This document shows, piece by piece, positions 8,910 to 16,966 of a stretch of 58,290 nt of DNA (within the stretch, counting starts at the first letter, position 1; the number at the start of each line of letters is the position of its first letter). A program made the translations under genes and the position numbers. The notes beneath the pieces were generated by a model. It was given only the letters and a program-made list of their open reading frames with translations. It was not told where the DNA came from and ran no database searches. Origin of the DNA: a virus (lineage: Duplodnaviria; Caudoviricetes); the IMG/VR virus record IMGVR_UViG_3300005611_000028, positions 1-58,290 of that record; one strand, 5' to 3'.

Positions 8910-9087
8910 TTTTGACCGCCTTAGCTTTAATTTTGTTTTGCTCAACCTTAAGTTTTAGCTGCTTTTCCGTTTTTTCAACGGTATATTTTAGCTTTTCGTT
9001 TTTTCTGACCAACACGCGAATAGTGATAAACATTCCCGCTAATATCGCAAAAAAAGCCACTTTTATCCAATTTAGAATACTCATCAC
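8818..9087 (-). CDS. i-spanin (Rz-like)
   Basis: N-terminal TM followed by a charged coiled coil. Confidence 0.7.
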   Translation of the reverse strand: MMSILNWIKVAFFAILAGMFITIRVLVRKNEKLKYTVEKTEKQLKLKVEQNKIKAKAVKNEKERIEEIKDSGGSDRADRLNRVLDDRGP

Positions 9088-9635
9088 GGCTCCGATTTTT
9101 CGGCCATTGGGGCGCCAAGCGCGCTTCTAACCCACGCGGCTGTACCATCTGGGTCAATAGCAATGCCAACGGTCAACGCAACACCCAGCGCGAGCGCGAT
9201 AATTAGGTTTTTTGTGGTTATAAATCCGCCGGAAATGGCGCTTTTTGATGGTTCGTCTTTTTTCACAAGACTTATAAGTAGATCCAGCTTGTCATCCATG
9301 CTTTTTTGGCCAGACTCAATAGAATCTATACGGGAGTGAGCGCCTTCTGCTTGCTCCTGGGCGATTTTCGCCTGCTCCTGTATAACATCCATTCGGCGCC
9401 GGTTATTAGTGCGCTCTTGCTTCTGCTCAGTAATGTATTCGTTTAGCGTGGTTTCCAGCTTTCCAACCTCAGCCGCCGTAGGCAGCTTGGTTGTTAGCTC
9501 AAATATGAATTGCTGAAACTGGGTACATAAATCAGGGTTGTCGGTTAGCATCTTCTGAAACCGATCTGGGTCGCTCATCAGATGAGCTATGAAGCTGCTG
9601 TGCGGCGTGTCCTGAGTCATATTTAAGGGGCTCAA
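9084..9635 (-). CDS. coiled-coil protein with C-terminal TM (holin/antiholin-like)
   Basis: AHSRIDSIE...DDKLDLL then a TM helix; inside the lysis cluster. Confidence 0.6.
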   Translation of the reverse strand: MSPLNMTQDTPHSSFIAHLMSDPDRFQKMLTDNPDLCTQFQQFIFELTTKLPTAAEVGKLETTLNEYITEQKQERTNNRRRMDVIQEQAKIAQEQAEGAHSRIDSIESGQKSMDDKLDLLISLVKKDEPSKSAISGGFITTKNLIIALALGVALTVGIAIDPDGTAAWVRSALGAPMAEKSEP

Positions 9636-9759
9636 ATTTTATTTTACGTTCTCTAGAGATTAACCCCATAATTGCCGCTCTCGCAAATGCAATGCATGGA
9701 GCGTTAAGCTCGCACTCTAATTTACTTGACATTCTAACCTCTTAGTTAACGTTTAACAA

Positions 9760-10074
9760 TTACGCAAAAATAGCCAGAAATGACCACGCAATGGCATATG
9801 ACAATCCAACATGGATAAATACAAGAATCGATGACGCAACAGCCACATCATGGGCTCTATTTTTACCATTCTGTATTAGAACTTCCGCCGAATCCCAACC
9901 TTTAGGCATGCGAAAGTATACGGATAAAACAGCTGTTAGGATGGCAGAAAACACAATATTGCCAACTGTTACACCATCAGAATAAGCGCAATAGCAAGCT
10001 GAAACCAAAAAGAACTCGAGAGTTAAGGCTATTATTTGCCAAAATATGGACGCTATCCTCATACCGCGAACCAT
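9760..10074 (-). CDS. multi-pass membrane protein
   Basis: Three hydrophobic helices. Confidence 0.6.
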   Translation of the reverse strand: MVRGMRIASIFWQIIALTLEFFLVSACYCAYSDGVTVGNIVFSAILTAVLSVYFRMPKGWDSAEVLIQNGKNRAHDVAVASSILVFIHVGLSYAIAWSFLAIFA

Positions 10075-10164
10075 ATGAAATCTAAGGTTGAAGCCGCTGA
10101 ACTTGCAGCCAAGAATATACCAAAACCTATCAATGCACGCATAAATTCCCCCGAATTAAAAACC

Positions 10165-10195
10165 ATATTAGTACACTAAACATCTAAGACTTCAA
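10165..10195 (-). promoter_or_regulatory. leftward promoter-like element with GTGTACTA, upstream of the lysis block
   Basis: Plus-strand TAGTACAC 10169-10176; minus-strand TTGAAG upstream; spacing imperfect. Confidence 0.4.
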
Positions 10196-10490
10196 GAACT
10201 TTCTAAAGTCATTGCTTGCATTTGCCCAAAAATCAGCTTCTCTACGCTCCAGCTCGTCACGCTCATTTTGTAGCTTCAAGTGCTCAGACGCGTATTTATT
10301 GCCCTGTTCCGAACTCAAAAAAAGACGCTGAACCATGGCTAGGGTGGCCTCACTTTCACACATAGCTATATCTCCAAAAGTGGAAACGATAGCAAATAGA
10401 TCGGGTTTGTTGTTTTTGTATTGCCTTAATGAATACTTTGTAACACGTTAATAAACTACAATTCATCCTCAATTTCGCAGAGGCGTAGAT

Positions 10491-10697
10491 ATGTCCAGAC
10501 CACGCATTAAAGACGAAAGATTTAGGCGAATAACGCAAACAATACGGCTAAGTCGATATGTTGCGGACTGGATAGACCGACAGGAAGAATCTGGCGGAAA
10601 GATCGTAGAAAATGCGCTCATTAGTCATTACAATATTGCCCCTCCATGTACCGACTTATCACATCGATTGCAGCGTCTGAGCCAGCGCACCAAGTAG
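10491..10697 (+). CDS. small ribbon-helix-helix-like DNA-binding protein
   Basis: MSRP...RITQTIRLSRYVADWIDRQ..SGGKIVENAL; GAGG RBS. Confidence 0.6.
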   Translation: MSRPRIKDERFRRITQTIRLSRYVADWIDRQEESGGKIVENALISHYNIAPPCTDLSHRLQRLSQRTK

Positions 10698-11034
10698 CGG
10701 CATAGCCAACTTCGTTAAACGCTTCGATGTACGCGCGCTGTTCTTTCGATACTGAGCAAAGCGTTTTACCTTCGTCCTTCATCTCTAACCATAGTCCAGC
10801 GTACTCGCCACGAGGAACAGCTAAAAACAGGTCGGGAATGCCGGTTCGCCATCCCTCTTTTTTTAGCTTTCGCACTTGTCCGGCTATTGCATTGCGCTGA
10901 GCGGTTTTGCACCGGCTGCGAATGTTTGAGCCCAGTATAGCCCCGCTCGGGTATGATATTAGAAGCGGTGCGTACTTTGGGTATTGTAGTTCGAACCACT
11001 TAACAACGGTTACCTGTTGGTCGTGCTCACTCAT
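10621..11034 (-). CDS. VRR-NUC domain nuclease (Holliday junction resolvase-like)
   Basis: SEHDQQ...LKKEGWRTGIPDLFL...LWLEMK...SKEQ...GY. Confidence 0.9.
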   Translation of the reverse strand: MSEHDQQVTVVKWFELQYPKYAPLLISYPSGAILGSNIRSRCKTAQRNAIAGQVRKLKKEGWRTGIPDLFLAVPRGEYAGLWLEMKDEGKTLCSVSKEQRAYIEAFNEVGYAATWCAGSDAAIDVISRYMEGQYCND

Positions 11035-11281
11035 TAATATCACCGCTATCGATGAAATCACCGCAAAGGTGATCTCGATTAGTCAAAATATGCCCAGCTC
11101 CACAGCTCATAGAAACAGACTCAAGCCCCAGCATTGATACGCGATCACCCTCAGATACGGGAGCGCTTTTTATGCACTCACCAACTACGCTGTTAACGTA
11201 TCGCCAGTTATCGCAACCTGCGCAGCATGGTCCATTTTGATTGTAAAAATTATCTACTGACCTACGCTTTCCATTGCTCAT
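11027..11281 (-). CDS. small Cys-rich protein
   Basis: CCAGCDNW...GEC...HLCGDF. Confidence 0.65.
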   Translation of the reverse strand: MSNGKRRSVDNFYNQNGPCCAGCDNWRYVNSVVGECIKSAPVSEGDRVSMLGLESVSMSCGAGHILTNRDHLCGDFIDSGDINE

Positions 11282-11571
11282 AAATTTATCAACCCTTGAT
11301 CAATTCTTCGCTTAATAGTTCTGTAAACACCGCGAATAAAACACTCGAATATTTCACTTTTCGGTATATCCGTTTTTTGTCGTCCATCAACGATGTCGTG
11401 ACATGATGAGCAACAATCAGCACCCCACCAATCAGGCGACTTTATAGACCATCCCTTATCCTCGCTTGGAGCATGTGCAAAAACGGTTGTTTCAGGGTTG
11501 CCGTTGCAATACGGGTGAATCTGAACCGTGCAATCTTGTCCGCGCGCCGCTTTTGTTAGTTTTGATGCCAT
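11278..11571 (-). CDS. DUF1364/YbcO-like Zn-binding nuclease-fold protein
   Basis: SKLTKAARGQDCTVQI...CNGNPETTVFAH...K..D...CCSSCHDIVDGR. Confidence 0.9.
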   Translation of the reverse strand: MASKLTKAARGQDCTVQIHPYCNGNPETTVFAHAPSEDKGWSIKSPDWWGADCCSSCHDIVDGRQKTDIPKSEIFECFIRGVYRTIKRRIDQGLINL

Positions 11572-11572
11572 A

Positions 11573-12190
11573 TCACCTCCCCATTTGTGACATTTCAAGC
11601 GCCAAATTCATCGCTTGCTCTTCGCTCTCAAAATTTGATTTACTAAACACATAGCGCCATGCGACACCGAAAACGCGCTTGTAAAACTTTTGAAACTCTT
11701 CTTCGCTAGGCATAGAGTTAAAACTTATGCTGTGCAGCTTTTTACGAACACCAGTTGGCGTAATTATCGGGTCGTAATATCCCGACTCTTCTTTTAGCCA
11801 GTCGTGAATATCTTGCAGCTTTGCCGCTGCCTTTTCGTATTCTGGTAGCGCGGCCTTGATCTTAACAGCTCGGTCTTGCAAATAAAGACTAATAAGCGAC
11901 GATAAAGCCTCTGTGTTTTTTCCCTGCGCCGCAACCCAATCAATAAGCCCGCCCATTACTTTTTTGTCGTATTTGGATATTAAGCCACTTTCAGGCTGCC
12001 AGTAGTCGGCTAGCAATCGGATAAGGCCGCCCCAATACAGTCGGTGGTTTTTTAGTGAACGGTCGCTGACTTTGACAATTTGAACGCGAAAACCTTGCCC
12101 GTTTTTTATACCTTCCAGCGCTTCAATATCAGCCTGCTCGACAGGCACAAGCGCGTTATTTATTTTTTTAACGCATAGTTCAATTGGCAT
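11573..12190 (-). CDS. DUF1367 family protein
   Basis: RSLKNHRLYW...SGYYD...P.G.....SISFNSM..EEFQKFYK. Confidence 0.85.
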   Translation of the reverse strand: MPIELCVKKINNALVPVEQADIEALEGIKNGQGFRVQIVKVSDRSLKNHRLYWGGLIRLLADYWQPESGLISKYDKKVMGGLIDWVAAQGKNTEALSSLISLYLQDRAVKIKAALPEYEKAAAKLQDIHDWLKEESGYYDPIITPTGVRKKLHSISFNSMPSEEEFQKFYKRVFGVAWRYVFSKSNFESEEQAMNLALEMSQMGR

Positions 12191-12536
12191 CGCTTACTGC
12201 CTCAGTTTCGGCGTGGCATGTTGTCGTAGGGAATACATACTCAGCGCCGCAATCTCTATCCGAGCAGTGTATTCGGTCGTTATCCCAGCCTCCGCCATGA
12301 ATTGATATTGTTTTTGCGCCGAAAATTTCACAAGAAATATCGCGATTTGCGATTTCTTCAAATATGCTAAGAGCCAAACACTTCACCTCGCTCTGGTTTT
12401 GGGGCTGTAATAGCAATGCCGATATAAGCCATTCCAGCAAAAACGAAAGCGGCTATAGCTGGATGAATCATAAGGAAAATTAAGCCCCAAAACACAGATG
12501 GAAGCAAAGCAAATAACACACGCATAAAAAATTTAT

Positions 12537-12809
12537 TCATTTTTCTTCAAACCTCCAGCAAGCGGCAGACGAAACCTTAATATCGCTACCGCGCCCATTT
12601 GTCCAAGCGTGCCTCATTAAAACGCACTTAGGCTTAGTGTAACCCGCTGGCGTTGATTTTATAACGTAGTGCTTGCAATCTCGGCATCGCATACCGTTTG
12701 GGCCGCTTCCTACAGTTCCAGCATATCCGTTAGGCTGCGTTTCTTTGCGTTTTTTTGGCGAGTCATCGACTGGCTTTATTTCGTCGCCCAATAGGTCTAG
12801 GTTAGGCAT
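12537..12809 (-). CDS. small Cys-rich hypothetical protein
   Basis: GSGP.G.RCRDCKH...KC...SDIK....ACWRFE; GGGG RBS. Confidence 0.7.
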   Translation of the reverse strand: MPNLDLLGDEIKPVDDSPKKRKETQPNGYAGTVGSGPNGMRCRDCKHYVIKSTPAGYTKPKCVLMRHAWTNGRGSDIKVSSAACWRFEEK

Positions 12810-12832
12810 TTCAATTCCCCATAAATAAATTA

Positions 12833-13085
12833 AAGCCCTTAGCGCGGGCCAGACGGAATAATCACTAAAATGTGGGTTTTACTTATCCCGCAAAAGATTA
12901 AAACAACCACAATCCGTAGGTGTCGGGCTTAGCTTATTCTGATAATGCTTTTAACGCCAGCACTACCCGTGCGCGACACGCTTGGCATAAACGACCTTGG
13001 CTACGTGCTAGCCTACCTATTTTGGCATAGGTGCCGGTTAACCTTTACTGTTTTAATTCCGATGCTATGCACTGCTTGCATCGTC
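12833..13085 (-). ncRNA. putative multi-hairpin structured non-coding region
   Basis: ORF-free 250 nt with many stems: gccc/gggc, acgga/tccgt, taatc/gatta, gtgtcg/cgacac, ggcta/tagcc, acctat/ataggt, gatgc/gcatc; strand inferred from the operon. Confidence 0.4.
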
Positions 13086-13091
13086 TAGTAA

Positions 13092-13331
13092 TTAGTCGTG
13101 AATCTTTATTTGGCCGGTAACATTTTGCTCGTATAACGCCAAAATAGTTCTTTCACTTTTGGCGGTCTGCCTAGTTACTTTGGCTTCATCTATAGCACCT
13201 TTCGGATTTTTTCCTGCAATTTTATCTTCACCATAGAAATCAATAAGCGCATTTCTTACAACCTCTAAAACCTCACTCTTCCCGCTTCCTGTACGACCGC
13301 TTACCGTTATCTCAATTAAGTTAGTTTTCAT
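13092..13331 (-). CDS. small P-loop-motif protein (79 aa)
   Basis: ITVSGRTGSGKSEV Walker A-like; start moved to ATG 13331, downstream of the tRNA-like element. Confidence 0.65.
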   Translation of the reverse strand: MKTNLIEITVSGRTGSGKSEVLEVVRNALIDFYGEDKIAGKNPKGAIDEAKVTRQTAKSERTILALYEQNVTGQIKIHD

Positions 13332-13356
13332 TTCCTGATCCAATATTAGAATTAAT

Positions 13357-13436
13357 TGGAGCGGCAGATAGGAATCGAACCTATCAGTCTTTGCGGCGGG
13401 CCTCGAGTCACTCCACAAAAACCAACCATTAACCGC
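13357..13436 (-). ncRNA. tRNA-like RNA (canonical T arm, CCA end, partial acceptor stem, no D stem, 10-bp central stem)
   Basis: Minus strand: GCGGTTAATGGTTGGTTTTTGTGGAGTGACTCGAGGCCCGCCGCAAAGACTGATAGGTTCGATTCCTATCTGCCGCTCCA. Confidence 0.65.
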
Positions 13437-13453
13437 ATTTAGTGTACCGGCTG

Positions 13454-13963
13454 CTAAATAATCCTTGCAAAATTACCAAAAAGAATCTTTGCATTATTAT
13501 TGTACGCCTCAACAGCGTCATCAATATGCTCAAAAGAACCTAAATATCTATTTTTACCATCCTTACTTATATAAGAACAATATTTTCTTCTCCTTTTGCA
13601 CCACGACACACCCCTTATTCCTGTATTGCTTTTTGACGCCTTTGATCTGTTAGCTCCGTTCTGTGACTTATTGCAATCCCTAAGATTAGAAATTCTATTA
13701 TCAGCCTTTTCTCCATTTTTATGATCAACAATATCATTGGGGTCAACACCGTAATACATTTTCCATGCAATTCTATGAGCAAGGTAAGAAACTCCAAAAA
13801 ACTGAATTCTTAGGTAGCCGCGATTATTTATTGACCCCGCTATACTTCCAATTTTGCTTTGTGATCTAGCCTTAATCCATGAAATACAACCAGATTCAGG
13901 ATTGTAGGAAAAGTACTCATTCAGTATTTCTATACTAGGTAGTTTATTCAAAATAACCCTCAT
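13454..13963 (-). CDS. HNH homing endonuclease with C-terminal AP2-like domain
   Basis: YLAHRIAW...VDHKNG.KADNRISNLR...N; then NTGIRGVSW...YLGSF...AVEAYN. Confidence 0.92.
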   Translation of the reverse strand: MRVILNKLPSIEILNEYFSYNPESGCISWIKARSQSKIGSIAGSINNRGYLRIQFFGVSYLAHRIAWKMYYGVDPNDIVDHKNGEKADNRISNLRDCNKSQNGANRSKASKSNTGIRGVSWCKRRRKYCSYISKDGKNRYLGSFEHIDDAVEAYNNNAKILFGNFARII

Positions 13964-13977
13964 TACTTAATTCGGTA

Positions 13978-14103
13978 CACTGAAAAGTTAACTGCGCTCA
14001 ATGTTCAAATGGTTCCTGAGACTCCACTGAAACCTTGCACGGTTTCAGTTTCATTCTTAGCCATTGGGTGCAACCTCTGGCACTCGCAGTTAACTTATCA
14101 GTG
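13978..14103 (-). ncRNA. structured leader: four-way junction closed by a 19-bp stem, with complementary loops
   Basis: cactgaaaagttaactgcg (13978-13996) / cgcagttaacttatcagtg (14085-14103), 1 mismatch; inner hairpin loops TTGCAC and GTGCAA. Confidence 0.6.
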
Positions 14104-14220
14104 ACCCCTCGATATACCGCGAGGGATTTCGGTTTATGCGGGCGTTACCCGCGCGGTGCATGTCTAAATCCTCTTGCTTGTTATAAATGTAAATATAAAT
14201 AAAAATCAATGCCTTGCACC

Positions 14221-14244
14221 TAGAAAGCCCCAGTTAAGGGGCTT
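14221..14244 (-). terminator. intrinsic terminator-like hairpin after the rdgC operon
   Basis: aagcccc-6 nt-ggggctt; only a short U tract. Confidence 0.5.
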
Positions 14245-14287
14245 GTTATTACCGCCGGCCGCAATTGTGCAACCCGCATAACGGTAA

Positions 14288-14497
14288 TTATTTGCAAGGC
14301 TTTAAAGGACCTATATTATCGCAACAAATATCAATTAATCGCAGGCCGCCAGAGCAAGGCTCAATATCTACAATAGTGTATTCATTAAGGTTATGAACGC
14401 TTGTTATTTTAACTCTTTCGCCTGCCTTTACATTACTTTTTCCATCGACCCTACGAATATCCATGGTTGCAACAGCGTAATCACCAACATTAAACAT
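14288..14497 (-). CDS. small SH3-like hypothetical protein
   Basis: MFNVGDYAVA...KAGERVKIT. Confidence 0.6.
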   Translation of the reverse strand: MFNVGDYAVATMDIRRVDGKSNVKAGERVKITSVHNLNEYTIVDIEPCSGGLRLIDICCDNIGPLKPCK

Positions 14498-15323
14498 AAA
14501 AATCCCCTAAAGCACCAGCAATCAAAACTTGCGTATTCTGCCAAAGCTCGGCGGTAGTTTCGCACCCATCAGAAGCCTGATCTTTAATATCATCGGACAA
14601 TTTGAAGCTCTTCAGTACTCGTCCAGCGGTATAAGTCGCGCTAAACTTATCATCATATAAAATTCCGATTTCTTCAACGGACATACCCGAGTCCATTAGC
14701 GCGGTTATTTCTGCGCTATCGACTGGCAAATGCTTGTTTGTTGAAGTGGCCTCGCCCTTAACTTGAACCAGCTTAATTTTCTCTTGCGCAATGATTTTCC
14801 CATCCTCACCATTGCGCGCCAACTCGTCAAGATTAACGCGCTCAATCGGCAAGCAAGGAAATGAACCTAGCGCCTCGCGAACCTTTGAAATAATTTCCTC
14901 TGCTCGATTTGCCGATGAAGTGCCAATGAATATTTTACCACCAGCGATAAAGCACGGCACTTGGGATTTGCGCGTAAAAGCTCGCGGCAACAGCTCGAAG
15001 ATAATTTCGTCTTTTATTCCGCCGCGCTCTTTTCGCGATACGCGCCGCCCTTCCTGATCAAATATAACTTTGATCTTTTCCTCAACGTGGTCCTTGATCA
15101 CCGATGCCGGCAAAATCTTATCTTCGCGCTGATAAACAAAATGCGTGGCGCCCATTAGCCTTGTTGCAAGCTCTCCGCATGGCGTTTCAATGAATCCATC
15201 GCGGCGCAAGTCCAAGTTTCCGCACGGAGTGAACTTTAACGATTCAAATGCTTGATCAAAGTCAATGCCTTCAACATCGCCTTGCTTTGACTCTTCAATC
15301 TGGTAAACGGTTACTGATTTCAT
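14490..15323 (-). CDS. rdgC: recombination-associated protein RdgC
   Basis: FTPCG...EDKILPASVIK...IKDEIIFELLPRAFTR...SSANRAEE...REALGSFPC. Confidence 0.93.
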   Translation of the reverse strand: MKSVTVYQIEESKQGDVEGIDFDQAFESLKFTPCGNLDLRRDGFIETPCGELATRLMGATHFVYQREDKILPASVIKDHVEEKIKVIFDQEGRRVSRKERGGIKDEIIFELLPRAFTRKSQVPCFIAGGKIFIGTSSANRAEEIISKVREALGSFPCLPIERVNLDELARNGEDGKIIAQEKIKLVQVKGEATSTNKHLPVDSAEITALMDSGMSVEEIGILYDDKFSATYTAGRVLKSFKLSDDIKDQASDGCETTAELWQNTQVLIAGALGDFYV

Positions 15324-15346
15324 ACATTTCCCCTTTGTTGAAATCC

Positions 15347-15375
15347 AATTTAGTACACATTAAAACCATGTGCAA
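15347..15375 (-). promoter_or_regulatory. rdgC promoter with GTGTACTA motif
   Basis: Minus strand: TTGCAC-17 nt-TAAATT, spacer ending in GTGTAC. Confidence 0.65.
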
Positions 15376-15378
15376 GCA

Positions 15379-16704
15379 CTAAAACAAATAATTTTTTATT
15401 CTTTGACCTATCCATCTCATAACCGGAACGGCCATGCTGTTTCCAAGCGCTTTGTAACGGTGCGAACCTGGGCAATCTTCTGGCGATTTCCCGCGCCATG
15501 GTATTTTCGTGAAATTATCAGGAAATCCTTGTAGTCTCTCGCACTCTACTGGAGTTAAGCGCCTAACACCGCTACCGGCAATGCATGGCAACCCTTGACC
15601 AGGCTTGCCACCACCAGTGCTTAACGTACCAGAAATATCACCATTGCCACCGCATAGCCTAAGCTCTGCCCGTGAATTTTCAGCAAAGGCAACAGCATTA
15701 CCAACCGGCCTTTGGCAATCCAAAGTGCCCGCCACATCGCCGTAAATGCTCATTTCTTGCCGCGACTCAAAGCAGATTAAATCAGTGTCATCCTTGTAAT
15801 CGCGCTGCTTTAGCGTGGATGCTTTTTGATCGTCTTGGTATTCGCCAAAAGCCGACATTCTAAAACCTTTTATTAAATGCCCTGCTTGGGCTTGGTTGTC
15901 ATCTGCACCGCACGTTCCAACTCCTCTTGCAGTAAGGGCGGCAACTGCCGACCGCGCTTCTCTGCTCGGCGGAGAATCCCTTCGCACGCCTTCGCGCTCA
16001 AAAAGTATTTTTGTGGGATCAAACCAGTCTCTAGCACTTGCGACAACGAACAGACGACGGCGGCGCTGGGCCACTCCGAAATATTGTGCATCGAGGATGC
16101 GCCAAGCTGCTGATCTTTTGGGTCCAAACACACAACCAGCGTTTGACCATCCGTCCCTTGGTGACTTGAGCGGCTGAGATTCCCCGACAAGCCCTGCAAG
16201 AAAGCATCCGAAAGCGTTTTCTTTGTCACTGAGTACTCCTGGTACGTTTTCCCATAAAATTACACACTCGTCGCCTTTTCGCTTTTCGTCGATAGCGTCG
16301 GCAATTTTTATAAATTCGATTGATAGTTGGCCACGGTCATCGCCCATGCCCTTACGTAGCCCGGCAAGAGAAAAGGCTTGGCATGGAGTCCAACCAACAA
16401 AAACAGGCGGCGCGGCAACTTCACCGGATAAAATCTTATCCTTGATCGCGGTCATATCGCCAAGATTTGGAGTTTTCGGCCAACGGTATTCAAGCACAGA
16501 GCTAGGGAAATCCGGCCCTTTTTTGTAATCATGCTCTGGGTCAAACTGCGATAACCAATCAGCCTCGAACCCCAATGGTTCCCATGCTACGCTGGCCGCT
16601 TCAATGCCGCTGCAAACACTGCCAAATCGCATAGGTTCGCCAAATCGCTTTGGGTCTGGCAACGCCTCGGCGGGTTCATCAAAAAAACCAATTTGATTAT
16701 TCAT
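15379..16704 (-). CDS. DNA (cytosine-5) methyltransferase, main (alpha) chain
   Basis: Motif I SVCSGI, IV TPCQAFS, VI WENVPG, VIII QRRRR, IX RRLTPVECERLQGFP, X YKALGNS. Confidence 0.92.
   Translation of the reverse strand: MNNQIGFFDEPAEALPDPKRFGEPMRFGSVCSGIEAASVAWEPLGFEADWLSQFDPEHDYKKGPDFPSSVLEYRWPKTPNLGDMTAIKDKILSGEVAAPPVFVGWTPCQAFSLAGLRKGMGDDRGQLSIEFIKIADAIDEKRKGDECVILWENVPGVLSDKENAFGCFLAGLVGESQPLKSPRDGWSNAGCVFGPKRSAAWRILDAQYFGVAQRRRRLFVVASARDWFDPTKILFEREGVRRDSPPSREARSAVAALTARGVGTCGADDNQAQAGHLIKGFRMSAFGEYQDDQKASTLKQRDYKDDTDLICFESRQEMSIYGDVAGTLDCQRPVGNAVAFAENSRAELRLCGGNGDISGTLSTGGGKPGQGLPCIAGSGVRRLTPVECERLQGFPDNFTKIPWRGKSPEDCPGSHRYKALGNSMAVPVMRWIGQRIKNYLF
15873..16229 (-). CDS. nested out-of-frame 'beta' polypeptide of the C5 MTase (M.EcoHK31I-beta-like)
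   Basis: GTG with AGGAG 6 nt upstream; CSLSQVLETGLIPQKYFLSAKACEGILRRAEKRG.QLP. Confidence 0.75.
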   Translation of the reverse strand: MTKKTLSDAFLQGLSGNLSRSSHQGTDGQTLVVCLDPKDQQLGASSMHNISEWPSAAVVCSLSQVLETGLIPQKYFLSAKACEGILRRAEKRGRQLPPLLQEELERAVQMTTKPKQGI

Positions 16705-16966
16705 TCGCCCAAGCCCGCCCATTGTCGTTAACGCGATATGTGCGTATGCACGGCACAACACCCTCACGATCCAGCATGGCCAGATACTCAGGTGGCGCGA
16801 ATAGGTGCCACTCGGATTTATACCGATTTGGCAAGCGCGCTAGAATCGCCTCTGAGCCGTTTTTTCTCGCCGATGCGATACAGCGCAAGCGTTTTTCATT
16901 TTCGGCGCTAATTTCGGCCATTCTGTCAGCGCTGAGGTGGTTTAGGTGGTTAATCTTTGCTGTCAT
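16697..16966 (-). CDS. hypothetical protein
   Basis: ORF track; coupled to both neighbours. Confidence 0.6.
   Translation of the reverse strand: MTAKINHLNHLSADRMAEISAENEKRLRCIASARKNGSEAILARLPNRYKSEWHLFAPPEYLAMLDREGVVPCIRTYRVNDNGRAWANE

Noticed and set aside
13332-13418. N-terminal extension of ORF 13092..13418
   Set aside because: It runs through the tRNA-like element; ATG 13331 with an AGGA upstream is the more plausible start
13357-13436. Canonical tRNA (for example Ser-CGA from the CTCGAGG loop) or tmRNA
   Set aside because: No D stem, no 5-bp stem closing a 7-nt anticodon loop, only ~5 acceptor pairs, and no tag ORF; kept as tRNA-like only
13438-14103. Group I intron carrying the HNH
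   Set aside because: No recognisable P7/J8-7 core, no interrupted host gene, and too little sequence 3' of the ORF
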